Under the pieces are notes generated by a model. That model did no database searches, was not told the origin of the DNA, and was given only the letters and a program-made list of their open reading frames with translations. The translations under genes were made by a program, and so were the position numbers. A stretch of 64,000 nt of DNA from a virus (taxonomy: Duplodnaviria > Caudoviricetes): the IMG/VR virus record IMGVR_UViG_3300024272_002379, one strand, 5' to 3'. Positions 1-11,600 of the stretch are shown one piece after another; positions within the stretch are counted from its first letter, which is position 1, and each line of letters starts with the position of its first letter.

Positions 1-81
1 ATCAACTCTTTCATGAGAATCATTAACGTGTCTCTTATATTTTGTATATTGTCTTTTGGTATCAAATTCATTTAATGCCAT
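1..81 (-). CDS. 5' part of a hypothetical protein running off the window edge (MALNEFDTKRQYTKYKRHVNDSHERVD...)
   Basis: ATG at 81 preceded by an AAGGAG RBS; open frame to position 1; not in the ORF track. Confidence 0.7.
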   Translation of the reverse strand, partial: MALNEFDTKRQYTKYKRHVNDSHERVD

Positions 82-95
82 AATTACACTCCTTT

Positions 96-356
96 CTAAT
101 CTATATCTATCATGTCTACAACTAAATTAGGAATATCAAGATAATATATTTTTCCATCTGTAACAAAGAAGTGTTCTTTCGTTCTTGCATTCATCATAGA
201 TGGTCTAAATGTCGGCTTTTCAAAATCTCCGTTAAACTCCCAGTAGCAGGTTCCTCCTGATTCCTCAGTGAAGAAACAATATGTATTCCCAGACATAGGC
301 GATTCCATTAAGTATCCTATGATAACGCCGCCACGCTCTACTGGTTTGATTTTCAT
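96..356 (-). CDS. DUF6527-like small protein
   Basis: WEFNGDFEKPTFRPSM...HFFVTDGKIYYLD resembles the WxxNGxxxxPTFxPS...HxFVxDGxI signature; GGAG RBS. Confidence 0.6.
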   Translation of the reverse strand: MKIKPVERGGVIIGYLMESPMSGNTYCFFTEESGGTCYWEFNGDFEKPTFRPSMMNARTKEHFFVTDGKIYYLDIPNLVVDMIDID

Positions 357-371
357 TTTTACTATATCTCC

Positions 372-866
372 TTATACTATTATATTATGATATCCGTATG
401 TATAACTATCTGTAAATACAGGCTTAACATAGATGTCACAATTTTCTTCTAGCATATAATCTCTTGAGATAATGTCTAAATAATATTCCATTTCCATTTT
501 ATCGTTTACTGTATATTTTTTCATTACCGTATCTAAGGTAATTAATTTATGTATTCGGTTAAAGCTATAAGCCATTGTACTTAAGCTAAAGCCATTCATG
601 TATAGTCTAAATTGATGGTCTCTATCTAAGTAAGCATCATGTGGAAGTTCCCATGTTGCATTGTCATTGTATGGTAATTCAATACGCTTAATAACTGGAT
701 TAGGGATATTAGGGTTTTCAACTATCTCTAATAACTCCGTTCTGACACCAGAAGCATAGGTGTCATCTTTATACTTAGCATAGATTTCATAAGCGGTAAC
801 ATTTTTAGCAGTCAATCTTCTGAATGTAATTGTTTTCTTAAGTAATGCGGGAATAACGTATTCCAT
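372..866 (-). CDS. hypothetical virion/baseplate protein with a beta-sandwich module
   Basis: 164-aa ORF, GGAGG RBS, end of structural operon; FRLYMNG...YSF...LITL...DKMEMEY pattern. Confidence 0.6.
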   Translation of the reverse strand: MEYVIPALLKKTITFRRLTAKNVTAYEIYAKYKDDTYASGVRTELLEIVENPNIPNPVIKRIELPYNDNATWELPHDAYLDRDHQFRLYMNGFSLSTMAYSFNRIHKLITLDTVMKKYTVNDKMEMEYYLDIISRDYMLEENCDIYVKPVFTDSYTYGYHNIIV

Positions 867-876
867 AATAACCTCC

Positions 877-2019
877 TTATGTTGTTACCACAAAATGGGC
901 TGGTGCTGAAACTTTACCATATACATCAAATAAATAAATCGTAAATGAGTATACGTGATTTGGTAAAGCCCTAACTTGCATTTTAATTTCATCTTGCACA
1001 GATGATTCAGAGAAAACAGCAACTGTTTCTTCTAAAGGAATATTGTATTTGTTTAATCCTAATTTTCTATGGTCTTTTGCATTGTAATAGATGCCGTCTT
1101 TACGAACAACCATGTAGCTTTCTGCATCTGTATCATTTAAACCAATAGGTGTATCGGGATTAGCCTGGTCTTCTTTTCTTAAAATAACCATTTTCTCTAT
1201 TGATACTGGTAATAAACTCTGGTAAGTTGGCTCACTAAAATCGCTGTATTGTTCATTTGATACATTTTGTAACTTATAAGATTTCAATTTTCTGTAATTA
1301 TAAGTTTTATTATTTCGCTTCCATGGATTTGGGATTTCTAATACCATAAAGTTATTGGTAACAATTGGTCTAAGAGAAGCGTTAACTTCCTCTCCTTTGA
1401 ATATAGGGACTGTTTCGACTACAGGAATTCCAAAACGTTCAAATGCAGATGTATTACTAATGTCCCCAATTTCCAAAGGTTCATCCCAGGAAACAGACGA
1501 AACATAATTCCAAATACCAGAACCATCTTCTTTATAGTCGTCGCAAGAATATAGGTGTCTTGTACCGTCAAATCTATAGTCCGAATCAATCATTACACCA
1601 TTTACTCTGGAAAGATGAGTGATAAGACCATTAGCTTCGTCTACTCCAATAACTGAGTAATATAACATTGTTCCGTTGTAGACAATAGGTAATTCATTAA
1701 AAATGAGTTTATTGACATATGTATAATTGTTAATCTTAACAATGTCTATTTCTGTTTCATACTCTGTAACTGGAATAATATTTTTTACTGGACCTTCGTA
1801 AGTTACCCCTGCTTGTGGTCTTATAGGAGTATCATATACAATATAGCATTGCTGACCATTAACCTCGTGAGTATTAGCAGTGGATTCATCTATAATAATT
1901 GTCGGGCGAATGGTTTTAACTTTTGCTATTGTATTTATATCTTCTGGCGACTTGGAACAGTAAACATATAGCTTATATATATCTGATAACTTAGGTATAA
2001 TAATTTTTGTACAATACAT
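877..2019 (-). CDS. hypothetical beta-rich structural protein
   Basis: 380-aa ORF with AAGGTGG RBS; FN3-like C-terminus (YSFTIYLFDVYGKVSAP). Confidence 0.6.
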   Translation of the reverse strand: MYCTKIIIPKLSDIYKLYVYCSKSPEDINTIAKVKTIRPTIIIDESTANTHEVNGQQCYIVYDTPIRPQAGVTYEGPVKNIIPVTEYETEIDIVKINNYTYVNKLIFNELPIVYNGTMLYYSVIGVDEANGLITHLSRVNGVMIDSDYRFDGTRHLYSCDDYKEDGSGIWNYVSSVSWDEPLEIGDISNTSAFERFGIPVVETVPIFKGEEVNASLRPIVTNNFMVLEIPNPWKRNNKTYNYRKLKSYKLQNVSNEQYSDFSEPTYQSLLPVSIEKMVILRKEDQANPDTPIGLNDTDAESYMVVRKDGIYYNAKDHRKLGLNKYNIPLEETVAVFSESSVQDEIKMQVRALPNHVYSFTIYLFDVYGKVSAPAHFVVTT

Positions 2020-2035
2020 AGATATCCACCTTTCT

Positions 2036-2067
2036 AAAAAAATAGGCTGGATTATCTCCAGCCTATT
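2036..2067 (-). terminator. Rho-independent terminator
   Basis: Perfect 11-bp stem AATAGGCTGGA/TCCAGCCTATT with a 5-nt loop, followed by a T-run on the minus strand, just after the 2088 stop. Confidence 0.85.
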
Positions 2068-2087
2068 GTAATCCTTATTAAATTATA

Positions 2088-5000
2088 TTATGAAATCTCA
2101 ACACATTCAAGCAATATTTCAGGAGTCTCACCTGTTACATTGGTGTAAGAATCTTCTACGATTAAGTTATACTGAGGCATGTCTCTCTTTGAATAACTAT
2201 CGACAAATTCTATAATAGGATATACACCAAAACCTAACCATCGCTTTACTTTAGCTTCCACATCAGCTTGTGTAAATCTTCCGCCAAATTCTTGTAGTAT
2301 ACTATTATCGAGTCTTACAATTATGACGCCGTTTTCCTGATATGGTTCACCATCGTAATAACCGATGTCCAGATAATAATCGGATTCTGGCTCAAGAGCT
2401 TTTCGTATCGAATCTCTCATTGATTCCAATACTCCACCGCCTCTTGTTCTTGAGTCTATAAGAATTGTTGAGTGTAGTGAAGTGTTCTGTCTAATATATA
2501 CTGAACCAATATAAATATCATGGTCTGATTCTGGCTGAGCATTGTCTATTTGGTGATACAGCGTATCCTTGTTTTCAAGAATAACTGTTCCAATGTCTTC
2601 ATCATTTTCCAAATCATATATTAAACTGTCGTTACTAGCATCTACTTCATATTCAACTGTTGGTCTCATAAAGAAATAGACAACCTTATTGAATAAGTTC
2701 TTAGATGGTTTAGTTTCAGAAGGAGTATAACTTAAGTCTGAATAAGTATGATACATATTAGGATTCAAATCTATTCTTGCAAAGTCGTTATTATTTCTCC
2801 AGAATCCTCTATAAATATAACTCTCTTCGACGTAAGTGTAATCGCAAACAATATTATCGTTTTCACTTATCGTTTCTTCTGTAATGATTATACCATCTGA
2901 AAATGAGATGTCTTTAATATGAATTTCAAATAACTCGTCATCTAACTTCTTAAATAGACTAATTGTTGTGACATTTTCTTTTATGAATAGCGGGAAGCAT
3001 TTCGTTTTAACCATGTGAGAATTCAATATGGTTACAGGTTCCTGTTTAATGTCTACATAAGGTTGTCCATGTACATCAGAATAATGTTGTTTGTCATATT
3101 CTGGCATAGTATAGCAAACCTTAAGATGAGTTCCATATTGGTCTAATATTTGGCTATAATGTCCAAACTGAATTCTTGGATACCATGAATCTAATAATCC
3201 ATCTTCTCTTGGTGAATCAACTTTAATGTGTCTTGTGTCAATACACTTTACTTTAAAACCAGGATAGATATATCCTTTCTCCACAAAATACGGATTGTCT
3301 AAATTCAGTTTCTTTATATAACCGCCATTATCATTGTCCCAGAATCCAGTGTCGATAGTCGTTTCTGCTGTTAAGAAGCCGCTTCCATCTGGATTACACT
3401 TAATATTTACAGCTCCTCTATGTTCAGATGAGATATTCGTAATCGTTACATAGAATACAAAATCTGTATCTTTAGATGTAATTACAGGAGCAACTCTTGA
3501 TGCTGCTTGGTCATACAATATCAAATCAAATGGAGAAAGTAATATGCCATCAGATTCTGGAGATATAATCATGCCTCTTCCATCGAACTTATTGTATTCA
3601 GCAGGTAATGCATAATCTTTATTTAAAATACTTACCGTTCTAGGAGAAGATGTTATTGTAGCAGCGGGATTCTTTCTTTCAGCCGTTACTGTGTATGTAA
3701 AAGAAACATATCGACGAGTATCCTGAATGCGACATGGCTCAGGTAATTTAATTTTGTTTACTCTGGCTCTAACATCAACTGGCTCTAAGAAGAAATCTCT
3801 ATTTTTCACCATAAATGGGTAATTGTAAATTTCTTCTGTTACACCATTATCAATAGCAATATTATCCGTATCGGAATCATTAAAGGCATTGTAAACCACC
3901 TTAAATGTATCCGCTGAGCTAGATATGAATGAAGTATAAAGCTCTGCATCATATCTCATAGGAACTTGCTTTGTTACAAGATTGAAATCATCTGATACTT
4001 CCTCTATAGTTTCGTATTCAGATACTTTCAATTTCATGTTGTGTTTATATCCGTTAGGGACGTCTTTCAGTGTAGACGTAAATATCTGTACCGCATCTCC
4101 TTCGTAAAAGCCATTACTATCTGGTCCACGATAATCGTATATCGGACGTTTTAATGGATACTTATAAAAGCAAGCAATACCGTCTTTAAATACGTCGGTC
4201 AAATAAATATAATCAGATTCTATTCTGTAGAAGTTTTTTAACTGAACTTCGCCATTTTCATCTGTTATATACATTGGTCTTCTTAAGTATCCCTGCTCGT
4301 CAGAGAACATCAATATTTCATTATTTCCTTCTGGATTAACGTTACCAACTCCGTTACCCTTGGTAACAGCACCACGATAATAAGCAATTCCGTCATAATC
4401 GTACCAGACTCTTCTTACGATACCAGTATAATTACAGGTTGCTTTATATTCAGCAGCAACTTGTTTAACAGTAGTAATTGTCTTTTTCAGAAGACCTTTA
4501 TAATTAACAACAACATTATACTGATAAGTTCCTTCGATTGCTTTTGTCGCTATACTGTATTTATACTTTGCCTTAAATCCTACCTGTGTATCTTCGGCAC
4601 TAGGATTAGTAGCAAACATTGAGATACTGTCCATAACAACAACAATATCTTTATTCTCACTCATGGCTGATTGAATTCTTGAATAAAAGCCTTCTCCAAC
4701 ATTACCACAATAACTACTTGCTATTGATAGGAAGTTATATATTTGACCATAATCATATCTGTCTGTTGAGGCATTATATACAGCTTCAAAAACCGTAGGG
4801 AAAATAGAATAACCAACATCTATTGTCATATCTTCTTTTGGACCAGTATATGAAATAAATTCGGCACTGATTGAATAATTGTTGATTTCTCCATCCTGTC
4901 CAGCAGTTTTGAAAACTTGTTCGTATTCAATAGAATCAAAATATAATACGCCCATAGCTTCGTCATACATATTGGCTTTTGAGTTAACGAAGTTTTTTAC

Positions 5001-5666
5001 ATCTCTATCACCATCAGTAGCAATTAACTGTATGGCATCTACTGTAATATCTCTAGGCCACATGCTACCAGTGTTATTTGGAGTAACCATCCACGTATTG
5101 AGAGCTTCTGGGCTAACATAAGACCCGAATATTTCATGATAATTAAGTTCATGATTAAGAACATCTCTATCACGTATTTCTACTGTTGTTACGTCTATTG
5201 TTTTTGAAACTTCGTAATCAACTGCATCTAAATACAGGTTACCAGAATATCCTACGTCATCTACGTATTCAAACATTTTTACAACTTCTGATTTCTCAGT
5301 CACGAGCATTTCTTTCGTTTGAATGACGTTCTTGGTTTCTATATGGGCTTCTGGATACCAGTTAACATACATGCGTCCTAAACGTCCCTTATAACCTTCT
5401 TCATCTTCGTATAGTACAGACTTCGGAAATAAGTCATCATCATCAATAGCTTGGTCAAAAAGGTATCTATATGCTTCCTCAACTCTATGGTCAATAGTAT
5501 TTCTTGGAGCTTCTGCCGTTAATACCTTTTCACTATCTGTTGCTACTGGATTGAAATAATAAGCTAAGTTTACTGCGTTTTCAGGAACGCAACGTCCTAT
5601 CCTAAGGGATGGTTCCTTAGGATAGTTAGTTACGGTATCATTAAAAGGTTTGGTTGCTTTAAACAT
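2088..5666 (-). CDS. large baseplate/tail structural protein
   Basis: 1192-aa acidic, Tyr/beta-rich ORF in the baseplate region; conserved-looking C-terminus (DSRTRGGG...YLDIGYYDG). Confidence 0.6.
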   Translation of the reverse strand: MFKATKPFNDTVTNYPKEPSLRIGRCVPENAVNLAYYFNPVATDSEKVLTAEAPRNTIDHRVEEAYRYLFDQAIDDDDLFPKSVLYEDEEGYKGRLGRMYVNWYPEAHIETKNVIQTKEMLVTEKSEVVKMFEYVDDVGYSGNLYLDAVDYEVSKTIDVTTVEIRDRDVLNHELNYHEIFGSYVSPEALNTWMVTPNNTGSMWPRDITVDAIQLIATDGDRDVKNFVNSKANMYDEAMGVLYFDSIEYEQVFKTAGQDGEINNYSISAEFISYTGPKEDMTIDVGYSIFPTVFEAVYNASTDRYDYGQIYNFLSIASSYCGNVGEGFYSRIQSAMSENKDIVVVMDSISMFATNPSAEDTQVGFKAKYKYSIATKAIEGTYQYNVVVNYKGLLKKTITTVKQVAAEYKATCNYTGIVRRVWYDYDGIAYYRGAVTKGNGVGNVNPEGNNEILMFSDEQGYLRRPMYITDENGEVQLKNFYRIESDYIYLTDVFKDGIACFYKYPLKRPIYDYRGPDSNGFYEGDAVQIFTSTLKDVPNGYKHNMKLKVSEYETIEEVSDDFNLVTKQVPMRYDAELYTSFISSSADTFKVVYNAFNDSDTDNIAIDNGVTEEIYNYPFMVKNRDFFLEPVDVRARVNKIKLPEPCRIQDTRRYVSFTYTVTAERKNPAATITSSPRTVSILNKDYALPAEYNKFDGRGMIISPESDGILLSPFDLILYDQAASRVAPVITSKDTDFVFYVTITNISSEHRGAVNIKCNPDGSGFLTAETTIDTGFWDNDNGGYIKKLNLDNPYFVEKGYIYPGFKVKCIDTRHIKVDSPREDGLLDSWYPRIQFGHYSQILDQYGTHLKVCYTMPEYDKQHYSDVHGQPYVDIKQEPVTILNSHMVKTKCFPLFIKENVTTISLFKKLDDELFEIHIKDISFSDGIIITEETISENDNIVCDYTYVEESYIYRGFWRNNNDFARIDLNPNMYHTYSDLSYTPSETKPSKNLFNKVVYFFMRPTVEYEVDASNDSLIYDLENDEDIGTVILENKDTLYHQIDNAQPESDHDIYIGSVYIRQNTSLHSTILIDSRTRGGGVLESMRDSIRKALEPESDYYLDIGYYDGEPYQENGVIIVRLDNSILQEFGGRFTQADVEAKVKRWLGFGVYPIIEFVDSYSKRDMPQYNLIVEDSYTNVTGETPEILLECVEIS

Positions 5667-5677
5667 ATCTACACCAC

Positions 5678-8600
5678 CTATTCGTTAATAATAGAAATGG
5701 ACTGCTCTAATGCTGTATTATCATCTTTCAGTACTCTAGCTGTAAGTTTATCAATACATGCTAAGTAAGCTGATTCATATACCAGATGAACTACTCCATT
5801 CATGTCTGTTACATAATTTTCACAATTAAGTATACCATATTCACAGTCTACAGCAACCTCTTTTGAAATAACAGGATTACTTTGAATGTCAAGTACTTCA
5901 ATCGAAACATCTACTTTATCGTATCCGCCAGCTTTAAGTCTTAAAGGATTGCAGTGAATCTTTATACTGTAAGGTTCATTATGTTCGTCTGTAAGATAAA
6001 TAAAACCTTTGTAGTCTGTTCTATAAACTGGATTTAAACTTAAGTCTGATGCTATGAACTTGTTATTTCTGGTATCTGTTTCAAAATATACTTTAAATTT
6101 CTTTACTATTTCTCGTTTGATAAAAGCTTGGAAATCTATACCAGTATAATACGAGTTTGCCTGTGATTGATTACAATATCCGTAATATACAAATCCAGAA
6201 AAGATTTGAGTATCTACGTCAGAATTCAAATCAAAGTCTAATACAGATGCATTATTCCATACTCCTGGACGATTCCACATAGAAGCTTTACATTGGAGGA
6301 TATTATTAGTTTTTTCTATTCTTATCCTGATACCATTCGGGAATTCACTCCAGCCGTGTGTAGTGCCATCAAAGCTAGGGTCAATACTTGAAGTAAAACC
6401 ACATAGTACTTTTTGAGTTGGTCTATACCAGTCATATACTAATGCATAAGTATAACCATCAGGATTAAATCCGCCTCTTGAAACTATATAGGATAAAGTA
6501 TGCGGACTGTCATATTCATCAAATGCATATGCAACAATTACACCGTTGATATCATCATCAGAGTTTCCTGACTTAATTGTTACTTCATGTGTATACGCTT
6601 CTACTGGGTCTTCATTGCTAATGAAACCATTGAAATTCGTAGAGTTTATTGTCGTTGAGAAAGTACCTAATGATGTGTCATACGCCCATGATTCTTCTTC
6701 TGTTGGACTGTAATGCATTGAATCACTACTTACATGACATGAGAATCTTAATCCGCTCATGTACATCTGCTCTATACTCATACCACTATAAGGTTCCATA
6801 TAAGAATCATAATCTGGAAGCTGACATAAATCTTTGTCCATATACAATATTAGCTTAGTTGTATTATTCACTCTATCAATATCTGCATAAAATGAATATG
6901 GTATTCTGTAAACCATTTCAACTCTATCACCCGCCGCAAGGAAATCATTAAAGATAAGCAGATGGTTTACAATTCTATAACAATCAGGTGTTACTAAGTT
7001 ATCATTAATATATACATTTATTGATTCCAGTTCAAAGTCATTACGTTTAAGCTCAATATACTTTTCTTTAGTCTCCATGATGTAAACATCTGTAACATAC
7101 ATTTTCTGGTCAACATCATATAACTGACGATAAGTATGTCCATATTCATCTTCGACTGTAATTGGACAATACTGTTGAGGAGTTCCTCTTGTGATATTAA
7201 TTTCTTCAGTGTCTACATTATTAGGACTTACCCTAATATATGGAGTATTTTTAGTAACGATATCATAAGCAGTATTTGATTTAACTTTAATTGGAGTCGT
7301 TAAATGTCTGGTAGGATATTGCATATCCAATCCACTATCATAAAGTAATTCAGTATTTTCTGTTGTACATTGAACCTTAACATATTCGATTTCATTTTCC
7401 GTGTATCCTCTTGAAAGGACATCTGCTCCGATTACATCAATTACTCTTTTAAATACGGTATGATATTCACCATCTCGTGGAATTTCGAATGCTTCTGTAT
7501 TTATAAAGTTTGTAACTACGTCTTCTGGAGCGTATACGCCTGTCATAGACACGCCAGAAATATAAGGTAATATCTCATGTGTCTCTAAAGTTTTAATTCG
7601 TTTATGAAGCCAATACAGCTTTTCACCGAATGGAATTACTATCTTGTATCTGAAGTATCTTGCATGAGCTGGAATGTCACCTGCTAAAGTAATATTGTTC
7701 CATTTAATATTCTCAAGCAACAACGCATCTGCATTTGATGCATATGCAATATATAACTGAATATGATGAGAGTAATACGATTCAAACAAATCTAATATTA
7801 ACTCAGTTTCACAACCAAAGTCTAAGATTTTTGAAATAAATATACCATTGCCTTCATCTGGACCAGCTATCATATGGTCTGTAACTGTAACGATATTAGT
7901 TGTGTTAACGGCATCCATTTCATCTTTCCAATCAAGGTAACAGCATAAATAGTCTTCTGTTGTCAGGTCATTATTTAATACAGATGCCTGGCAATTAATT
8001 CTTACTTGATAGCCATTACTTAATGGAACTGTTGGAACTGTATTGTTCTCAAATGGTGTCCATTCTGACCATTTACCTTCTTCTGTAATATAGCTACGAA
8101 TTTCCATTGGCAAATAATTAGAACCGTCTTCAAATGAATATGTTACATTAAAAGCTCCTGCTTCTGTTAGGATATTAGGGAACAGGATGACTGGAGAATA
8201 ATAATACGAAGTAAGGTATTCTCTAAAGTAAACTCCGTCTATGCTAGGCTTAAGCGTTACACCTTGTCCGTCTATCCATTGGAATGCATCTTCATCCTGA
8301 AGCAATTCAGAACGAGTATCTTTTGTAATAGAATAACTTTCGGCAGGAGTAGCTGCATGTCTTAAATGAACATCGAGAGTTATATACCCATTAAGTGTTT
8401 TGAAGTATTTCTGCTCTAACTTTTCAAAGTCAGCTTCAACGTCAAATTCACTATAAGCAAAATACTCATGTTGATTGAGATAATAGTATCCATTGTGAAT
8501 ACGTGGAGCCCATTGTGATGTAGCATTAACGACACCTTTGAATGCGACTCCGACAGATGTTAATCCGTTCTCGTCAAATGCAATTTCAGTTGGATAACGC

Positions 8601-11600
8601 ATTGCTAATACATCTGAATTATCAGTTGTAACTGCCAGATAATAATTGTCGTATTCATAGGATGTTTCTGGTTTGGCTACTTCAAATATTTTTTCGGTTG
8701 TCTTATTATCAAAGATTTCCTGATTTTCCATATTAATAGTAGCCACAACATCATAATACTCCATATCTTTATATGTTAAACTATCAGAGTAAAAAGTAAC
8801 GTAATCACCATTTACATTAGTGATTGAGTCTTTATTGTTCCAAGGATTTTCCCACTTGTACGATACTAATGCTGATTCTGGATAGAACTCAGTAATTAAA
8901 ATGTAAATCTTAATTGTATCTTCGTGAACAGTTGTTGGAATATTAAATTGAGGAGTATCTACAACAAGGTCCTGCTTACCATGTTGATTATCTGAACGAT
9001 AACGTCCATTTACCAATCCGTAAAATACATCCATGTTGGCACCAGGAAGTTCGTCATAGTAATCTCGTGTTTTAAGCATTGGCTTAGCGGTAAACCATAA
9101 GTACTCATCAATGTATCTACCATTATCTTGTCCATCATGTTTCCAGTACATTAATGTCCACTGATATAAGTACTCCGTTAGTGGAATATGTTCAGAACTT
9201 GTCGTAGCTATTGGGTCATCACCAAATTGCTCAACGTAATTGTTTGTATTGGTAATGAAAACATTCCTTGCATAATAAACATGTAAAATAATAATATGCT
9301 TGTAATTACTATTCGGATTACATGTTGGCAAAATTTCATAGAACGGCGTCTTTGCATCTGGGTCCTCTAAGTTAAATCTGTAATTTAAAATAGGAGATTC
9401 AAAGTAGGTATCGTTATGAGCTATAAAATCTGAGTTGATGCCTACAACCATGATTTCATCTCCTGCTTTAACTAAGCCGTCATATCCTTCTAGCCATATA
9501 TCATCCCCTCTTTCAAGGACTTTAATAACAGAAGTAATATCCGCTTGTAATCCAGAATATACGTAATCTGGATTCTTTCTGTTCAGTAAAAAACCTCTGT
9601 AGTCTTCTGCTGTACTTATAAGAATCTCAGATGGGTGGTCGTATGCATTAAGCTCCGTAGTGACGAATCTTGTACCATCATAGATAATACCATCTGTATA
9701 ACCATCTATGTATACGTAATTACTTGGCGATACTAAGTAGCAATCATCTCCAAATTCAGCCGATGTACCTACTTGGTCAATATCTGTATAAACATTAACA
9801 GAACCAACTTTGCCGTCTTCCAAATTTGAATAGTCAAATGTGTTGTCGTCCATTATATCTTCATCTGCATAGTCATATGTGTCTTTTATGAATAACCCCT
9901 TGATTAAATAACGACCATCTGTTGTTCCTATGGTTTTATTATAACCCGCTGCCCATTCTGGTGTAAGTTTTGCTGCATCCAGAATTAAATCATATACACT
10001 TTTTGGTGTCATGGTTTGTGTATGCGGAGCTATAATTTGGTCTTTATCTATGATAGCTCTTTTTTCTTTTTGACTATAATATATAGGAGTAACATCTCTA
10101 TCAAAAGCAAATGGTCCAATTAGTTCCGTTTCTACCTGAACAGCTTTTACTCTATCTATATAGTAAGGTTTGTAAATAACCTCAGTAGATGGACTCATTC
10201 CACCAAATATAGGATTACTTGAATCTGAACCAGAAAACTGCTGGATATAATCAATAAATACTCTTTGCATTCCAGCCGCATCATTCCATGTAAGCTGTCC
10301 GCCAGATGTAGGTACTGTAGAATGACAAAAGCTAATGTAATCAGCTTTATAACCAACACCTGATGATGGGTCAACATAATCTCCGCCACCGTAATCAGAA
10401 ATTAAACAAGCAACTTTTTCACATACTCCCTTAAGGGCATTTGCACTAGATACTAGGTTGTTTCTTAAGTTACCTTCAACTACACCATGTCTTGCTCCAG
10501 TTACATTTGGAGAGTCATTGGTATGAATCAAACCATTTGAGTCTGTATTTGGAAATCCATCTGAAAAGAAATATGTTACAAATTTTCCATCAGCACCTAA
10601 GCTAGTAATTGCGTCTCTTGCGGCATTTAATCCAGCAGCCCAGCTTGTTGCTCCGCCATTAATTGCAATTCCATTAACTGCGACTTTTGCACTAGCCGCA
10701 TTAGTAAATCCTGTTAATCGCTTTGCTGTTTTTGCAAATTGTATAATACAATACCGTACTGTTGTACTTCCTTTGGCGGCCTCAATTGTATCAATACAAT
10801 TCATTACTGCTGCTTTCATAATAGGTCCGCCATTACCAAAAGGAAGCTGTTCCAATGAGTTTGTTTTATCAAGAACAAAAACTACATTTAATGGATTGCC
10901 ATAGAATGTTCCTGGTTGTGAGCCTGGACTCCAGTTCTCTAATAAAGTGGTAACTTCTATTGGCTCAACAGCCTCTACTGCTTTTCTCAAGAAAATAGTT
11001 GCGTATAACTTTGCATATACATTTACTGGCATTGTGCCAAACATATATTGCTGAATACTTACGTCTTCTCTAGGATAAGCATCTAAATCAAATGTTACTT
11101 CACCTTCTTGTTCTTCTACAGTCTCCTGTGCCTCTAAGCAGATTTTATAGTTGAAGCCAACTTGGTCATAATGTTTTTCTCTCTGAACTCGTTTACCTGT
11201 TAATTCAAGATAAGCTTTAAACTTCTGGTAAAAGTCCGCATCCATTTGCTTGTAAACTTTTAAATCATTGCCATCTCCAATGCCAGAATGAAATGCTTCA
11301 AGAGCTTCTTCTATAATTTCTCTTTCGGAGTCATCTGTTGTAAAGTCGTAGTTCTTTGGAACATTGTATTCTTCAAGAGATTCAGATGCATCAACTGTTT
11401 CTGTCATTACAGTAACACTTGCCGATGGTGAAGATGTCTGCTCATCTGTATAGTTAATTAATCTTCTTGTATAAGGTGTATTTGGATTTAGTCCAGTTTC
11501 TGTATATGAAGTAGCCCCAATAGGAAGCTGAGCAATAATTTTACTCTGGTCTGCTTCGCTACTGAGGTCAACAGCTTCTTCAACCAAGTAATGAGCATAT

